A stretch of 63,198 nt of DNA from the IMG/VR virus record IMGVR_UViG_3300045929_000106, positions 1-63,198 of that record, one strand, 5' to 3'. Below are positions 45,751 to 55,070 of the stretch, one piece after another (position 1 is the stretch's first letter; the number at the start of each line of letters is the position of its first letter). The notes beneath the pieces are model-generated. The model had not been told where the DNA came from and ran no database searches. It saw only the letters and a list, made by a program, of their open reading frames with translations. This DNA comes from a virus. Lineage: Duplodnaviria > Caudoviricetes. The translations under genes and the position numbers were made by a program.

Positions 45751-46641
45751 TCAGGTCAGACCCCTACTGCCCAGCCCGTTGGCATGTAACCGCAGCAACC
45801 GCGCCCGCAGTTTAGGATCGCGTATCCTGGCGGCCACGGCGTTCACGTAAGCCGTTCCCCACGGCTGTCCGATGGAATACCCAAGACCCTCATCAACGAA
45901 GCGGCGAATACGGACACCGGCGTCCTGACTAGAGAAGCTCGGATATTTTTCCATGGCTGATCTGAGAATATCCACCGCTTGCTGCGGAATCAGGCCAAGA
46001 AGATCCCCGGCGTACTCGCCAAGACCAGCCCGGTCATAAATCACATGAGCGGACTCGTGGGGAATCGGGTTCGCCCATTCGCTGCCCGGTTCCACCGTCG
46101 CGCGACTGACCGTCATGGAGCCAGAGGGGGGATGATAGCGGCCAGCCACTCCCGCGCCCAGCTTTTCCTGCGGGCGGATATAGAGCGGGGTGCGCGTGAT
46201 GCGGGAATACGCATTGGGCTGCGGGCCGGAACCGGAGATCTGAGCGGCGTAGCGGCGCTCATCCACTGGAGGCGCGGGAGCTGCGGGCGCTACCGGACGC
46301 ATGGCCCTCGCTACCGGGGCTGTAATTTTCGGCGGGGCCGCCCAGGTTGCTGCGGGCAAATCCGGCTGTTGGGCCATATCCGGCGGGCGAAACTCAGGAG
46401 CAGTGAAAGCCTTCCCCGGCGGGCGAGAAGGAAGCGCTCCCACAAGGCTGCTGATCAGAGCGGAGCTATCCGGCGCTGCCCAAGAAACTGTTGGCATCGT
46501 TTCAGGCGGCGTGGGCATGACCGGAGCAGGTGGAACGTAAGGCTGAACAAGCTTGTTCTGGATAGCGGAGGGAATCGGCTGCACCGGCTCAAAAGGAGCG
46601 GTGACCGTAATCGGTTGCGTTTTGACGCTAGCCCTAGCCAT
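45751..46641 (-). CDS. Pro-rich protein with a C-terminal zincin-like (HExxH) domain
   Basis: AGRYHP, PHESAH, downstream DEGLGY. Confidence 0.6.
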   Translation of the reverse strand: MARASVKTQPITVTAPFEPVQPIPSAIQNKLVQPYVPPAPVMPTPPETMPTVSWAAPDSSALISSLVGALPSRPPGKAFTAPEFRPPDMAQQPDLPAATWAAPPKITAPVARAMRPVAPAAPAPPVDERRYAAQISGSGPQPNAYSRITRTPLYIRPQEKLGAGVAGRYHPPSGSMTVSRATVEPGSEWANPIPHESAHVIYDRAGLGEYAGDLLGLIPQQAVDILRSAMEKYPSFSSQDAGVRIRRFVDEGLGYSIGQPWGTAYVNAVAARIRDPKLRARLLRLHANGLGSRGLT

Positions 46642-47344
46642 CGATTCCTCCTTCGCCTCTGTCCAGCGTAACGTCGACGGTGCGCCGGTCCATCTCGTCC
46701 AGGCGCTCCATCTCGTCCAGCACGGAATCGGCGCGCACGTTCACGCTGACGGCGACACCGGACGGCTCGGCGGAGATCACACCGGCGTTGCGCATGACCC
46801 ACTCGCGCGACTTCAGGTCGCCGGGGCGGCGCACAAGGCCGGAGCCTTTGCACTGCTTGCACTTGATCCAGACCATGCCCATGCCGTCCTCGATGCGCAT
46901 CGAGCCGCCGCCGTCGCAGCGGGGGCAGCAGACCTCGACGGACTTCGCGTCCTCCGACATGTCGCGCGCGACTTGCGGCGCGGAGCGGAGCGCCTCCCCG
47001 AGCGCCGCCGTCTTTTGCCTGTCGCGCCAGATTTCCATCAGGTCCTTCGACTTCATGCCGCAGCGGTTGGCGAGCACCGACAGCGGGAGATCCATGAAGC
47101 GCGGGTTGCCGAGCATCTCGCAAAACTTCAGCGCGCCGGGATGCTCGCTCTCGATCATCGCTTGGTGGAGATCCTCGCGCAGCACCGAGTCGATCCAGGG
47201 AAGAACGCCATGGGCTTTCGCGGGAAGCTTGGGGGGCTCGGCGGTGAGCATTGCGTCCGCGTGTTGAGGGGCGGGGACCGGAACCGGGGCGCGAACGGAA
47301 TCGGGGACGGGGACCGGAACCGGAGCCGGAGCAGCCTTCTTCAC
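46634..47344 (-). CDS. Probable terminase small subunit with a DnaJ-type Zn finger
   Basis: Position upstream of TerL; HTH-like LSVLANRCGM; CPRCDGGG...CKQCKGSG. Confidence 0.5.
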   Translation of the reverse strand: MKKAAPAPVPVPVPDSVRAPVPVPAPQHADAMLTAEPPKLPAKAHGVLPWIDSVLREDLHQAMIESEHPGALKFCEMLGNPRFMDLPLSVLANRCGMKSKDLMEIWRDRQKTAALGEALRSAPQVARDMSEDAKSVEVCCPRCDGGGSMRIEDGMGMVWIKCKQCKGSGLVRRPGDLKSREWVMRNAGVISAEPSGVAVSVNVRADSVLDEMERLDEMDRRTVDVTLDRGEGGIDG

Positions 47345-47505
47345 CGCTTCACCTTCTGCGGGAGGCCGGAGGTTTTTGTGGACGCAAAATCGTGGAGCTG
47401 CTTTTTGGACATCTGGAGCAGGCCGCGATTTTTCGAGCGCAGCTTATCGGGCGCGTGCTCGGCTACGGCGAACAGTTTTTGCTGCGCCTTCGACGTGGCG
47501 GGCAT
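47341..47505 (-). CDS. DUF3008-like small protein (54 aa, below the ORF-track cutoff)
   Basis: MPATSKAQQKLFAVAE...MSKKQLHDFASTKTSGLPQKVKR; AAGGAGG RBS. Confidence 0.7.
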   Translation of the reverse strand: MPATSKAQQKLFAVAEHAPDKLRSKNRGLLQMSKKQLHDFASTKTSGLPQKVKR

Positions 47506-47515
47506 CGGTCCCTCC

Positions 47516-47543
47516 TTTATATAGAGGGTACAGCGGAGGTCAA
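47516..47543 (-). promoter_or_regulatory. Candidate promoter of the packaging/virion operon
   Basis: TTGACC-16 bp-TATAAA on the minus strand, running into the RBS. Confidence 0.4.
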
Positions 47544-47560
47544 CCAGGGCCCGGAAAGCC

Positions 47561-47763
47561 GTGTTCAGAATTTATGTTCAATTGTGTTCAGAATCGGCTA
47601 GAAGGGGTAGAAATGTGATCAAAACGAAGGAAAGCGAATAATGGAAGTAAAAGAAAAATAAACTAGATAAGCGTTTGGGACATGCTCCACTGCCAGCCCT
47701 GCTTGTCGACTGTATTGGGTTTGAGGGCCATTTTTATGTTCAATTATGTTCAGAACGTGTTAA
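47561..47763. other. Probable attP with arm-type repeats
   Basis: AT-rich region upstream of int; TTTATGTTCAATTRTGTTCAGAA at 47571-47593 and 47733-47755; TGTTCA hexamers in two clusters. Confidence 0.6.
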
Positions 47764-47772
47764 AGTGCCTCT

Positions 47773-48969
47773 ATGGCAAGACAACGCTATCAAGAAGGAC
47801 GCATCGAGAAGACCGGCAAAACGCCCAAGTGGAAGGGTCACTACTACACGTATGACGGGACCGGAAAGCGGCATCACAAGCTGGTCGATCTCGGCCCCTG
47901 CTCCAAGGTGACGAAGACCGAGGCGCAGAAAAAATTCCGCAAGATCGTGGAGAAGGAAACCGGCGCCGTCAAAGCCGCCAACGAAGAGGACACTTTCGAG
48001 TGGTTCTGGACCGAGCGCTTCGCCCCCTTCAAGCCGTGGACGAAAAAAACGCGCGAGTGGATCGAGGGCATCTTCACGCGCGACGTGCTGCCGGAGCTGG
48101 GGCCGCTCAAGCTGGGCGAGATCAAGACCATCCATGTGGAGCTTCTGATGAAGAAGCTGGAGCCGAAATCCTATTCGCTCTCGCGCGCCGTCCGCACCTA
48201 CATCAAGATGGCGTTCCAGAAACTGGAAGACGAGGACATGATCGTCAAGAACCCCACGCGCCGGGTGAAGATCCTCGCCCGGAAACCGTCGCGCCGCAAG
48301 CGCCACATCAGCAAAGAGGAGCTGGATCTCCTGATCTCCGAGCTGAACGCGCGCGACAGGCTGATCGTCAGGATCGCGGTGGTGTGCGGGCTGCGGCCCG
48401 CCGAATTGTTCGCTCTCAAGTGGGACGACTTCCACCCGGAGACGGGGCAGCTCCGCATCGATGAAACGTATTCCGGCGGCGAGTGGAAGGAGACGAAGAC
48501 CGAGGAGTCGGACGGCTGGGTGTCGATGCCGCCCTCGATCACCAAGCAGCTCCAGTTCTGGCGCGAGCAGAATCCGCAAGGGCAGTTGATCTTCTCCGGC
48601 GGGCGCAAGTTCGACCACCCGATCATCGCGGACAACTTCGTCGACAGGAACCTGCGGCGGGCCGCCGTGCGCGCCGGGATCATGCCGTCGAATCCCAAGG
48701 AGGGCCGCGTGAACGAGTTCTACGGCGACAAGCGCACGGCGGTAAACTTCCAGGCGTTCCGGCGCACCTGCGCAACATGGTGTCTGCAGAACGGCTCCAT
48801 CAAGGACGCGCAGACCCACCTGCGCCACCGCAACCCGGCTACCACGCTGGGGCACTACATCCAGACCGTCCCGGCCAGCGTGCGCAGCGCCGTCGAGGGA
48901 GTGGACACCCACTTCTTCGCCAGCGCGAAACCGGCCCGCCCGCAGCAACTCTCCACCGCCGTCCAATAG
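47773..48969 (+). CDS. int: Tyrosine integrase
   Basis: GLRPAELFALKWDD, FQAFRRT, HLRH...TTLGHY; N-terminal arm-binding-like domain. Confidence 0.9.
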   Translation: MARQRYQEGRIEKTGKTPKWKGHYYTYDGTGKRHHKLVDLGPCSKVTKTEAQKKFRKIVEKETGAVKAANEEDTFEWFWTERFAPFKPWTKKTREWIEGIFTRDVLPELGPLKLGEIKTIHVELLMKKLEPKSYSLSRAVRTYIKMAFQKLEDEDMIVKNPTRRVKILARKPSRRKRHISKEELDLLISELNARDRLIVRIAVVCGLRPAELFALKWDDFHPETGQLRIDETYSGGEWKETKTEESDGWVSMPPSITKQLQFWREQNPQGQLIFSGGRKFDHPIIADNFVDRNLRRAAVRAGIMPSNPKEGRVNEFYGDKRTAVNFQAFRRTCATWCLQNGSIKDAQTHLRHRNPATTLGHYIQTVPASVRSAVEGVDTHFFASAKPARPQQLSTAVQ

Positions 48970-48972
48970 GCC

Positions 48973-49176
48973 TCATTTGCCGGAGGGCCTTCTCGCCGCC
49001 GAGAGGGCCCTCTGCTCCTTCAGAAATTCGTCCAGGTCCTCCAAGCAGAACCGCAACGATCCTCCCATCCGCACCACCGGCACGCGCGGGCGCTTTCCTT
49101 CGACGTGCGCATACATCCAGGCCACGGACATCCCGAGGTATTGCGCCGCTTCCTTGATTCCCATGAGTCTGCTCAT
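48973..49176 (-). CDS. xis: Excisionase-like HTH protein
   Basis: LMGIKEAAQYLGMS...VPVVRMGGSLRFCLEDLDEFL (HTH_17 pattern); convergent with int. Confidence 0.8.
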   Translation of the reverse strand: MSRLMGIKEAAQYLGMSVAWMYAHVEGKRPRVPVVRMGGSLRFCLEDLDEFLKEQRALSAARRPSGK

Positions 49177-49285
49177 AGACGAAAGCTAACGCAGAAAAAG
49201 AATCTGAAACAGACTTGCGCAAAATATCGACTGGGAGTCAAAGCTGCCGGTTTACGAAACGGCGGGTTGCGGGGATGATAGGCCC

Positions 49286-49471
49286 ATGCCGATTCTCTAC
49301 CTGATCCTGATGCTAGTGATCATAGGGGTGGTGCTGTGGCTGGTGAATACCTACATCCCGATGGCCGCGCCGGTGAAGACGATCCTGAACGTGGTGGTGA
49401 TCCTGGTGCTCATCATCTGGCTGCTGACGGCGATGTTTCCAGGGCTGCTAGACATGCGCGTGGGGAAATAA
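49286..49471 (+). CDS. Small two-TM membrane protein (Thivi_2564-like)
   Basis: LVIIGVVLWLVNTYIPMAAPVKTILNVVV. Confidence 0.75.
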   Translation: MPILYLILMLVIIGVVLWLVNTYIPMAAPVKTILNVVVILVLIIWLLTAMFPGLLDMRVGK

Positions 49472-49472
49472 A

Positions 49473-49709
49473 TCAGTCTTCCGCCAGCCAAATAACACTA
49501 GGGCGCATATTGTGACCCTCGCGGCCTACTAGCAATTGGCATTGCTGACACTCGCCATAGTCATTCACGAGGATCAAACCGCAACCCTCGCAGAGCGCCG
49601 CATACCCCCAACCGGGGAAATGCGTAGGCCCCAAACCTGCCAAGCCAGCCAAGTCCCCAAAATCCTCGCCAAATATGTCCAGACTGCACTGTCTACAAAA
49701 ATCAGCCAT
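49473..49709 (-). CDS. Small Cys-rich protein
   Basis: CRQC, CEGC, CQQC. Confidence 0.6.
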   Translation of the reverse strand: MADFCRQCSLDIFGEDFGDLAGLAGLGPTHFPGWGYAALCEGCGLILVNDYGECQQCQLLVGREGHNMRPSVIWLAED

Positions 49710-49714
49710 ACGAG

Positions 49715-49969
49715 TCAGCCAATATTATGCGCGTGGGGAAGTGAGCGCGCCTCTTCCGTCAGCCAGCGCTCGATCATCTGGATCACGCTCCATTTGCCCC
49801 GTGGGAACCATTCGGGGCGGTCCTCCGCTTCGCGCAGCACATACCAGACCCAGGCCCAGGCCGGAGCCAGATCCTGAATGCAGTCGAGCGCCCGTTCATC
49901 GTTCCACATGACCTTGGCCCAGGTCCGCAGGCCGCGCTGGGTGACGATGCTGAAGTCCGAGAGGCGCAC
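49715..49969 (-). CDS. Hypothetical protein
   Basis: GTG start after GGAGGAG. Confidence 0.5.
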   Translation of the reverse strand: MRLSDFSIVTQRGLRTWAKVMWNDERALDCIQDLAPAWAWVWYVLREAEDRPEWFPRGKWSVIQMIERWLTEEARSLPHAHNIG

Positions 49970-50325
49970 TACTCCTCCAGATCGACCTCGACGGGCTCCT
50001 CGTGCGAGCCGCAGAACTCCTGCTGAATAAACCGGACGGCGCGGCGATGCGCTTCTTCCGCCTCCGCCCAGGTTGACCAGCGCCCGTCGCAATCGTTGCC
50101 GTCGTAGTCCTTGCGGGTTCCCGTGAGAAACGTCATCGTCTCAAATAAGAGCGGCGGGCCCTGCTGGGAGAAGTTGTGGTCAAGACCGAGGAACACCGTG
50201 CTGACCTCAAACGGGCCGATGCGCGTCAGTAGAACCCGGCGGCGCGCTGGGTCGTTGAACATCTCGGCCCACTCCTCCCTAGAGCACGGCGTCACCGTCT
50301 GGCCAATCAGCGTGTAGAACCTCAT
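49969..50325 (-). CDS. Conserved phage hypothetical protein
   Basis: VSTVFLGLDHNF...PLLFETM motif; ATG 50325 after GAGGT. Confidence 0.6.
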   Translation of the reverse strand: MRFYTLIGQTVTPCSREEWAEMFNDPARRRVLLTRIGPFEVSTVFLGLDHNFSQQGPPLLFETMTFLTGTRKDYDGNDCDGRWSTWAEAEEAHRRAVRFIQQEFCGSHEEPVEVDLEE

Positions 50326-50330
50326 ACCTC

Positions 50331-50759
50331 TCAACCGATACGGCATTCCTCGACGCGCTTGCACTCGCGCCAGTCCACCGGCCTGCTCTCCGCCTCCAGG
50401 TAGCAAGGGCCTTGCGCGCCGAAGACGATGGCGCACTGGTTGCGGCTGGAGGCGGAGGCGAGCAGGTTGAACGGGTTCAGCCGCTGGCCGTTCACCTCCA
50501 CCGAGCCCCACCAGACGAAATGGCGGCCATAGAAAGGACAGTTACGCTCATTCACGCTGTCGCCCCTCAAGGCGTCCGCTACCAGCGAGACCGCATTCTT
50601 CACGCCGCGCTTCCTGTACATGTTGGCGCAGTGAAACTCCACCGTGCGGGTAGAGATACCCAGGCGCTCGGCAATCTCGCGCATATTGAGCCCGTCGATC
50701 AACATGCTGCGGATCTCGCGCTGGCGCGGGCTCAGGCTCGTGTCCCTGTTCCGCATCAA
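50331..50759 (-). CDS. LuxR/GerE-type HTH regulator with a Cys-rich C-terminal extension
   Basis: LSPRQREI...GLNMREIAERLGISTRTVEFHCANMYRK. Confidence 0.8.
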   Translation of the reverse strand: MMRNRDTSLSPRQREIRSMLIDGLNMREIAERLGISTRTVEFHCANMYRKRGVKNAVSLVADALRGDSVNERNCPFYGRHFVWWGSVEVNGQRLNPFNLLASASSRNQCAIVFGAQGPCYLEAESRPVDWRECKRVEECRIG

Positions 50760-50778
50760 CCTCTCCCTCGCGGCCTCG

Positions 50779-51705
50779 TCATACCTTCACCTCGATCTCA
50801 CGCGGCGGGGCCTTCTCGCCCTTGGTCCCGCGCACTATGCTGGGCACCCAGACCAACTGATGGTACTTGCCGAAGAGGCCGCGCCCCTCGCGGTAGTCAC
50901 GGAAATGGCCCCGGCAGATATGAAGGGCTTTCTGGAGGCCGTGCTCGCCGGAGCGGCCCTCCGTGCGCAGGATCGCCTTCAGCGGCTCGATCACCAGCGT
51001 CTTGTAGGCGGCAGGCTCAACACCGGTTCTCGCGCGGTATTTCTTGGCGAGGGGCTTGGGAACAGTGTTCTCCACCAGCGTGACGTTCTTGCAGTGCAGG
51101 AAAGAGATCGCAAGCAGCGCTGGCTTGATCCATGACATGATTGCCTGCATCACGGGGTTTTCCCGCTCATCCTCCGCAAAGCTCAGCATTCCGGGAGGCT
51201 CGGTGCATCGACCATCCGCATCGACCGGCATCCAGATCGCGCCATGGCCGCCATACGCAGTGACGCCATGGATGCCGTAGTCCACGAACAGCTCACAGTA
51301 ATACATCCAGCGAGCATCATCGGGAACGATTTTATTGCCGTGCTCGTCCTGCGCCTGAACAGCCGTCATCAGAATGCCAACCCGGCCCTGGACGAAGGAC
51401 GCGACATCGGTGTCGCCCTTCTCCGCCGAGTGGATCTTACGGGGCAGCTTGTGCTCCAGCCAGAAGCGCGGGAAAGGAGGAGCAAGATTGGGGAAGTCTT
51501 TCTGGATGTCCCAATGCTCCTGGTCACAGGTGAAGTAATAATCTGCCACGTTGTCGATCAGCAGCACCGGCAGCTCGCGGTTGTCGAGCAGCCCGATCAC
51601 GGCAGTGACATGCTCCTTCCACCATTGCTCGTTGCGGGGTGCGACCCACCACGGCTTCGCGATGTGGGCGTCTTTCCGGCGGAGGTCATCGATAAAGCGG
51701 CTCAT
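50779..51705 (-). CDS. Phage protein with a C-terminal HxxRGHxR motif
   Basis: ALHICRGHFRDY...VWVPSIVRG; function unknown. Confidence 0.6.
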   Translation of the reverse strand: MSRFIDDLRRKDAHIAKPWWVAPRNEQWWKEHVTAVIGLLDNRELPVLLIDNVADYYFTCDQEHWDIQKDFPNLAPPFPRFWLEHKLPRKIHSAEKGDTDVASFVQGRVGILMTAVQAQDEHGNKIVPDDARWMYYCELFVDYGIHGVTAYGGHGAIWMPVDADGRCTEPPGMLSFAEDERENPVMQAIMSWIKPALLAISFLHCKNVTLVENTVPKPLAKKYRARTGVEPAAYKTLVIEPLKAILRTEGRSGEHGLQKALHICRGHFRDYREGRGLFGKYHQLVWVPSIVRGTKGEKAPPREIEVKV

Positions 51706-52148
51706 ATGGTTCCTATGCCCATCGTAAAATCCGGCAGGGCGGGCTTGCCGTCCATCAGCGCAAACAGGTGCAGGACGTAGGGGTTCTGGTTCACGTAGTC
51801 CTTGCTGCTTGGGAACACCTGATACGCCCAGCGGTCAGGACCGATAAAGTCATGCTTGACGCGCTTCAGGTCCTCGAAATCCGGCAGGTAATAACCACGA
51901 GTGCCGGTGCGTCCGCAGACGCTGGCGTGAATCCAGACATCGGAGCCGCCGTAGCGCTGCACCGAGTAGCCCACCTGGAGGGGCCCGCGCTTGAAGAAGC
52001 CGCCCGCCTCCGTGAGCTTGAGGACGGACCACGAGGGAGGGACGCGCGCCAGGGCGGCCCGCACCACGCTCTCGTCCACGCGGGTGGCCTCGTCCAGCGC
52101 GTCCAGTTGCTCGCGAGAGAACTGGCTGAGATAGTCTTCAGGGTTCAT
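51702..52148 (-). CDS. Conserved phage hypothetical protein
   Basis: WIHASV...LPDFEDLKRVK...QVFP...YVN...VLHLF motif. Confidence 0.6.
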   Translation of the reverse strand: MNPEDYLSQFSREQLDALDEATRVDESVVRAALARVPPSWSVLKLTEAGGFFKRGPLQVGYSVQRYGGSDVWIHASVCGRTGTRGYYLPDFEDLKRVKHDFIGPDRWAYQVFPSSKDYVNQNPYVLHLFALMDGKPALPDFTMGIGTI

Positions 52149-52228
52149 GCGTATATCCTTTTCCCCGGCAGCGCACCCGATATCAGCCTTTCGAGGACCG
52201 CCGCCTTCACCGCTGATCCGGCCGGGGT

Positions 52229-52444
52229 TTATTGTCTCTGCCTGCGCCACGCGAGCGCCTGCTGGCGCATGTGCTCGGCCACCTCGCCGTCGAACCTCTT
52301 GCGATGAATGCCATGAATCTCGTTGGACATCTCCAGGGCGCAGATGCCGCAGACCTCGCCGGTCACCCCTTTATCGGTATGAACGGGGTTTAGTATCGCG
52401 GCAGGGTAGTTGATCTTGCAGCGGGCGCACTTGGCCAGTTTCAT
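52229..52444 (-). CDS. Small Zn-finger protein
   Basis: CARC...CGIC. Confidence 0.55.
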   Translation of the reverse strand: MKLAKCARCKINYPAAILNPVHTDKGVTGEVCGICALEMSNEIHGIHRKRFDGEVAEHMRQQALAWRRQRQ

Positions 52445-52671
52445 CGCGCCTCCACAAACGGCGTTAGCGCCGTGCGGTGGCCATCATGTTTCCATTCACG
52501 CCAACGGCAGTCGGGGCCATGGATGAAATAGAATTCGTCGCAGGTGCGGCAGTAGTCCTTCACGATGTGGTGGCGGCAGTTCAGGCAGGCGTAGACCGAG
52601 AGCCCATGCCAGTATTCAGTCTGGGCCGCGCGCAACAGCTCGGCGTTCATCTCTAGACCCAGCAGAGGCAT
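52441..52671 (-). CDS. Small Cys/His-rich protein
   Basis: CLNC, CRTC; start inferred from the stop overlap. Confidence 0.5.
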   Translation of the reverse strand: MPLLGLEMNAELLRAAQTEYWHGLSVYACLNCRHHIVKDYCRTCDEFYFIHGPDCRWREWKHDGHRTALTPFVEAR

Positions 52672-53027
52672 CACGCCGTCCTCGTCATCGGCACCACGCG
52701 GCTCCGGCGCGCGTACTTCAGCAGGCGCTGGCACCGCTCGGTCAGGTCGCCTTCGCTGGCGCGCTCGTTGAAGGAGGCCTTGTCGTAGGCGTCCAGCTCC
52801 ACGTAACCGGCGGCGGTGACTTCGACCAGGGAGTCATCCGTGTTCCCGGCCACCGCTATCCACTTCCAGTGGGCGATGCTGCCGAGCGTGTTGGCGTGGA
52901 AGTGCCGCAGGTAACCGAGAGTGGTTTTGTTGTGCGCGAGGTACTTCAACATCGCGTACTGGTGACGGCTCAAATTGCGGGGTTTCTCGTCTGAAGACTG
53001 CACTGAATTACTCCTCACTAGTCGCAT
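52671..53027 (-). CDS. Hypothetical protein (wHTH-like)
   Basis: ATG 53027 after GGAGG; LSRHQYAMLKYL...VTAAG. Confidence 0.5.
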   Translation of the reverse strand: MRLVRSNSVQSSDEKPRNLSRHQYAMLKYLAHNKTTLGYLRHFHANTLGSIAHWKWIAVAGNTDDSLVEVTAAGYVELDAYDKASFNERASEGDLTERCQRLLKYARRSRVVPMTRTA

Positions 53028-53572
53028 TATCGGCCTCCCTTCAGCATGCGCTTGAAGTGGTCGAGGCACTCGTTGTAGATGTCGATGCGCACCTGCATGG
53101 CGGCGCAGGCGTCCTCCAGGGTCACCACGGGGGCGGGGGAGGCTTGCGGGAGAACGTGCGGGACGCGGAGATGCTGGACGGGGACCAGGGCCGTCGAGTG
53201 GCCGTTGCCCAGAAGGCCCTCCCTCTTGAACTGGAGGCGGTAGTAGGTGAGGAGGGCGGTGCCCTTCCCGCCCTGGTTGAGGTTCCGCTCCTTCCAGGCT
53301 CTCCTCTCGGCGGCGTGGGGCAGGCTGTCGTACTCCTGCACCATGCGAAGCTTCTCCTCGCGGCTGGCGCTCGCGAACAGACCCTTGCCGGTGGCCGTAG
53401 GAACCGCCTGTTTGGCCAGATACTTCTTCCGCCACTGGTAGAAACGCGAGGGCTCAGGGACGCGCTCCTTCAGCCATGCAAGCCTGGGAACCCCGTGAGG
53501 CAGCGCGTCGAATTCCTCCAGGAGGGCTATCTTCTGGTCCTCCGGCAGGCGCGGTCTTCGTTTCTTCATCAA
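53027..53572 (-). CDS. Protein with two transposase-type HTH repeats
   Basis: EDQKIALLEEFD...FYQWRKKY and REEKLRMVQEYD...YYRLQF. Confidence 0.55.
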   Translation of the reverse strand: MMKKRRPRLPEDQKIALLEEFDALPHGVPRLAWLKERVPEPSRFYQWRKKYLAKQAVPTATGKGLFASASREEKLRMVQEYDSLPHAAERRAWKERNLNQGGKGTALLTYYRLQFKREGLLGNGHSTALVPVQHLRVPHVLPQASPAPVVTLEDACAAMQVRIDIYNECLDHFKRMLKGGR

Positions 53573-53862
53573 TGTGTCCCTTCTGGTTAAAGATCAACTA
53601 CAGTCAGGACTTTATCACACATCTAAACGCAAATCAGTTCATCCGCCAACGGCGTTTCCGCCACAACCCCTGCCACGTCTTCCGCCCGCGCCGAGGCCGC
53701 TTGAGGCCGAGGCACCAGGGCGGAACCGGGGCCCCCTGACACCGGCTCCATCGGAATCTTCACTTACACCCACAGGAGCAGTCTAAAACGGGGGGCCGGG
53801 ATACGCAAGTAGCAGGAACTCGATGAATTTTAGAGTAGAGAAATAGGTGGTGTTAAGCCATG

Positions 53863-53879
53863 GATATAACAGTTATATC
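53863..53879. promoter_or_regulatory. Perfect 17-bp inverted repeat GATATAAC-A-GTTATATC
   Basis: Recurs at 62023-62039 and partly at 62068-62080. Confidence 0.7.
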
Positions 53880-53883
53880 GCCG

Positions 53884-54156
53884 TTAAATCGTGTGGTAGG
53901 TGCAGGCGGCCTTGTCCGCGCCCGCCGCGCCGAAGACGTAGATGGAACTCAGGTCGTAGGAGTTGGCGCTGCCGCAGGGCGGGAGCATCAGGCCGGTGGT
54001 GGGGACCGGCGACCCGGTAGTGGCGGAGACCGTCGAGTCGCCCACCCGGATCGAGCTGCCGGTGGCGACGAGGTACACCCAGGCCGCGCGCTTGCTGGTC
54101 GAGGAGAGCTTGGTGGCGGTCCCGTTCGGCGTGACATCGGCTACGGAGTGAAGCAT
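53884..54156 (-). CDS. Small beta-rich (virion-like) protein
   Basis: 90 aa; IRVGDSTVSATTG...DLSSIYV. Confidence 0.55.
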   Translation of the reverse strand: MLHSVADVTPNGTATKLSSTSKRAAWVYLVATGSSIRVGDSTVSATTGSPVPTTGLMLPPCGSANSYDLSSIYVFGAAGADKAACTYHTI

Positions 54157-54210
54157 GCGGACATTCTATGGGGCGGGAGCCGGAAGGGTAAAGTGACAGT
54201 TGCGGCCCGG

Positions 54211-54264
54211 AAAAACGAAGGGCCCCAAGCCCCCGGCGCCGCAAAAACGAAGGGCCCCAAGCCC
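54211..54264. repeat. 22-bp direct repeat
   Basis: AAAAACGAAGGGCCCCAAGCCC at 54211-54232 and 54243-54264. Confidence 0.8.
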
Positions 54265-54680
54265 TCCCCCCGGAGAACGGAGCCCTTAAAGCATGCCTAT
54301 TCCATTGGGTGAATCCAGGCGTTGCTACCCCTAAGTATAGCAGCGGGCCGAAAATCGCTTACTTTAGCGGTAAATACGCGCGGGAAAAAGAGGGAAGCCG
54401 CCCGCCGCGCCTGCGCCAGACTCCGGCGGCAGACTGGCTCCATAATCGGGTAGGCTTCCCCCCGTCCCGGCTCCTACCGTGATTCATCAACGCGGACACA
54501 CGAGCTGCGCCGTTCCTGGATCTCCCAGGACACCACAGCGGCAGGAGCCAGAATTAGACTAACAGAAAAATAGGCGAGATCAGCGCCTTGGTGTCTAATC
54601 GGGCGTAATTTCGGGGCGAACGCACTGTTTTTGCGCTCAATTGGCGGCGGCCTGCCGCAAATCGCCGCACATTGCGGGGT

Positions 54681-55070
54681 CTAGGACGCTGCGCCGATAA
54701 CCTCCGGCATCTGCATGTTGATCTCGCCCGAAATCGCCGCCGGGGCGGTTTTCCGGGCCGCTTTCCGCCCCTTTTTCGTGTTTTTGCGCGCATTTCCGGT
54801 TTTTGCCGCCCTTTTGGCCGCCCGGTGCGCCTTGGCCCACCGCTTCCGCTGCGCTTCCGCGATGCGCTCGCGCCCCTCCGCCGAAATCCTGTGCGTCACG
54901 TGTTTTTGCGGGGCCGGGGCCGCTGAAACCGCCGCCGGGACCCGCCTGCCGCCCATTTGCCGGGAGAGCCCCTCGATCTGCGCCATAATCTCGGCGTGGC
55001 GGCGCTCCAGGCCCGCGAGGACGTAACCTAGCACCTCTGTTTCGCTAAACCCGTCTAATCTTAAGTTCAA
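54681..55070 (-). CDS. Basic nucleoid-associated-like protein
   Basis: Coiled coil, then ISAEGRERIAEAQRKRWAK and a K/A-rich tail; GGAGG RBS. Confidence 0.65.
   Translation of the reverse strand: MNLRLDGFSETEVLGYVLAGLERRHAEIMAQIEGLSRQMGGRRVPAAVSAAPAPQKHVTHRISAEGRERIAEAQRKRWAKAHRAAKRAAKTGNARKNTKKGRKAARKTAPAAISGEINMQMPEVIGAAS

Noticed and set aside
53027-53572. IS transposase
   Set aside because: Only HTH-like repeats; no DDE domain, terminal inverted repeats or target duplication seen
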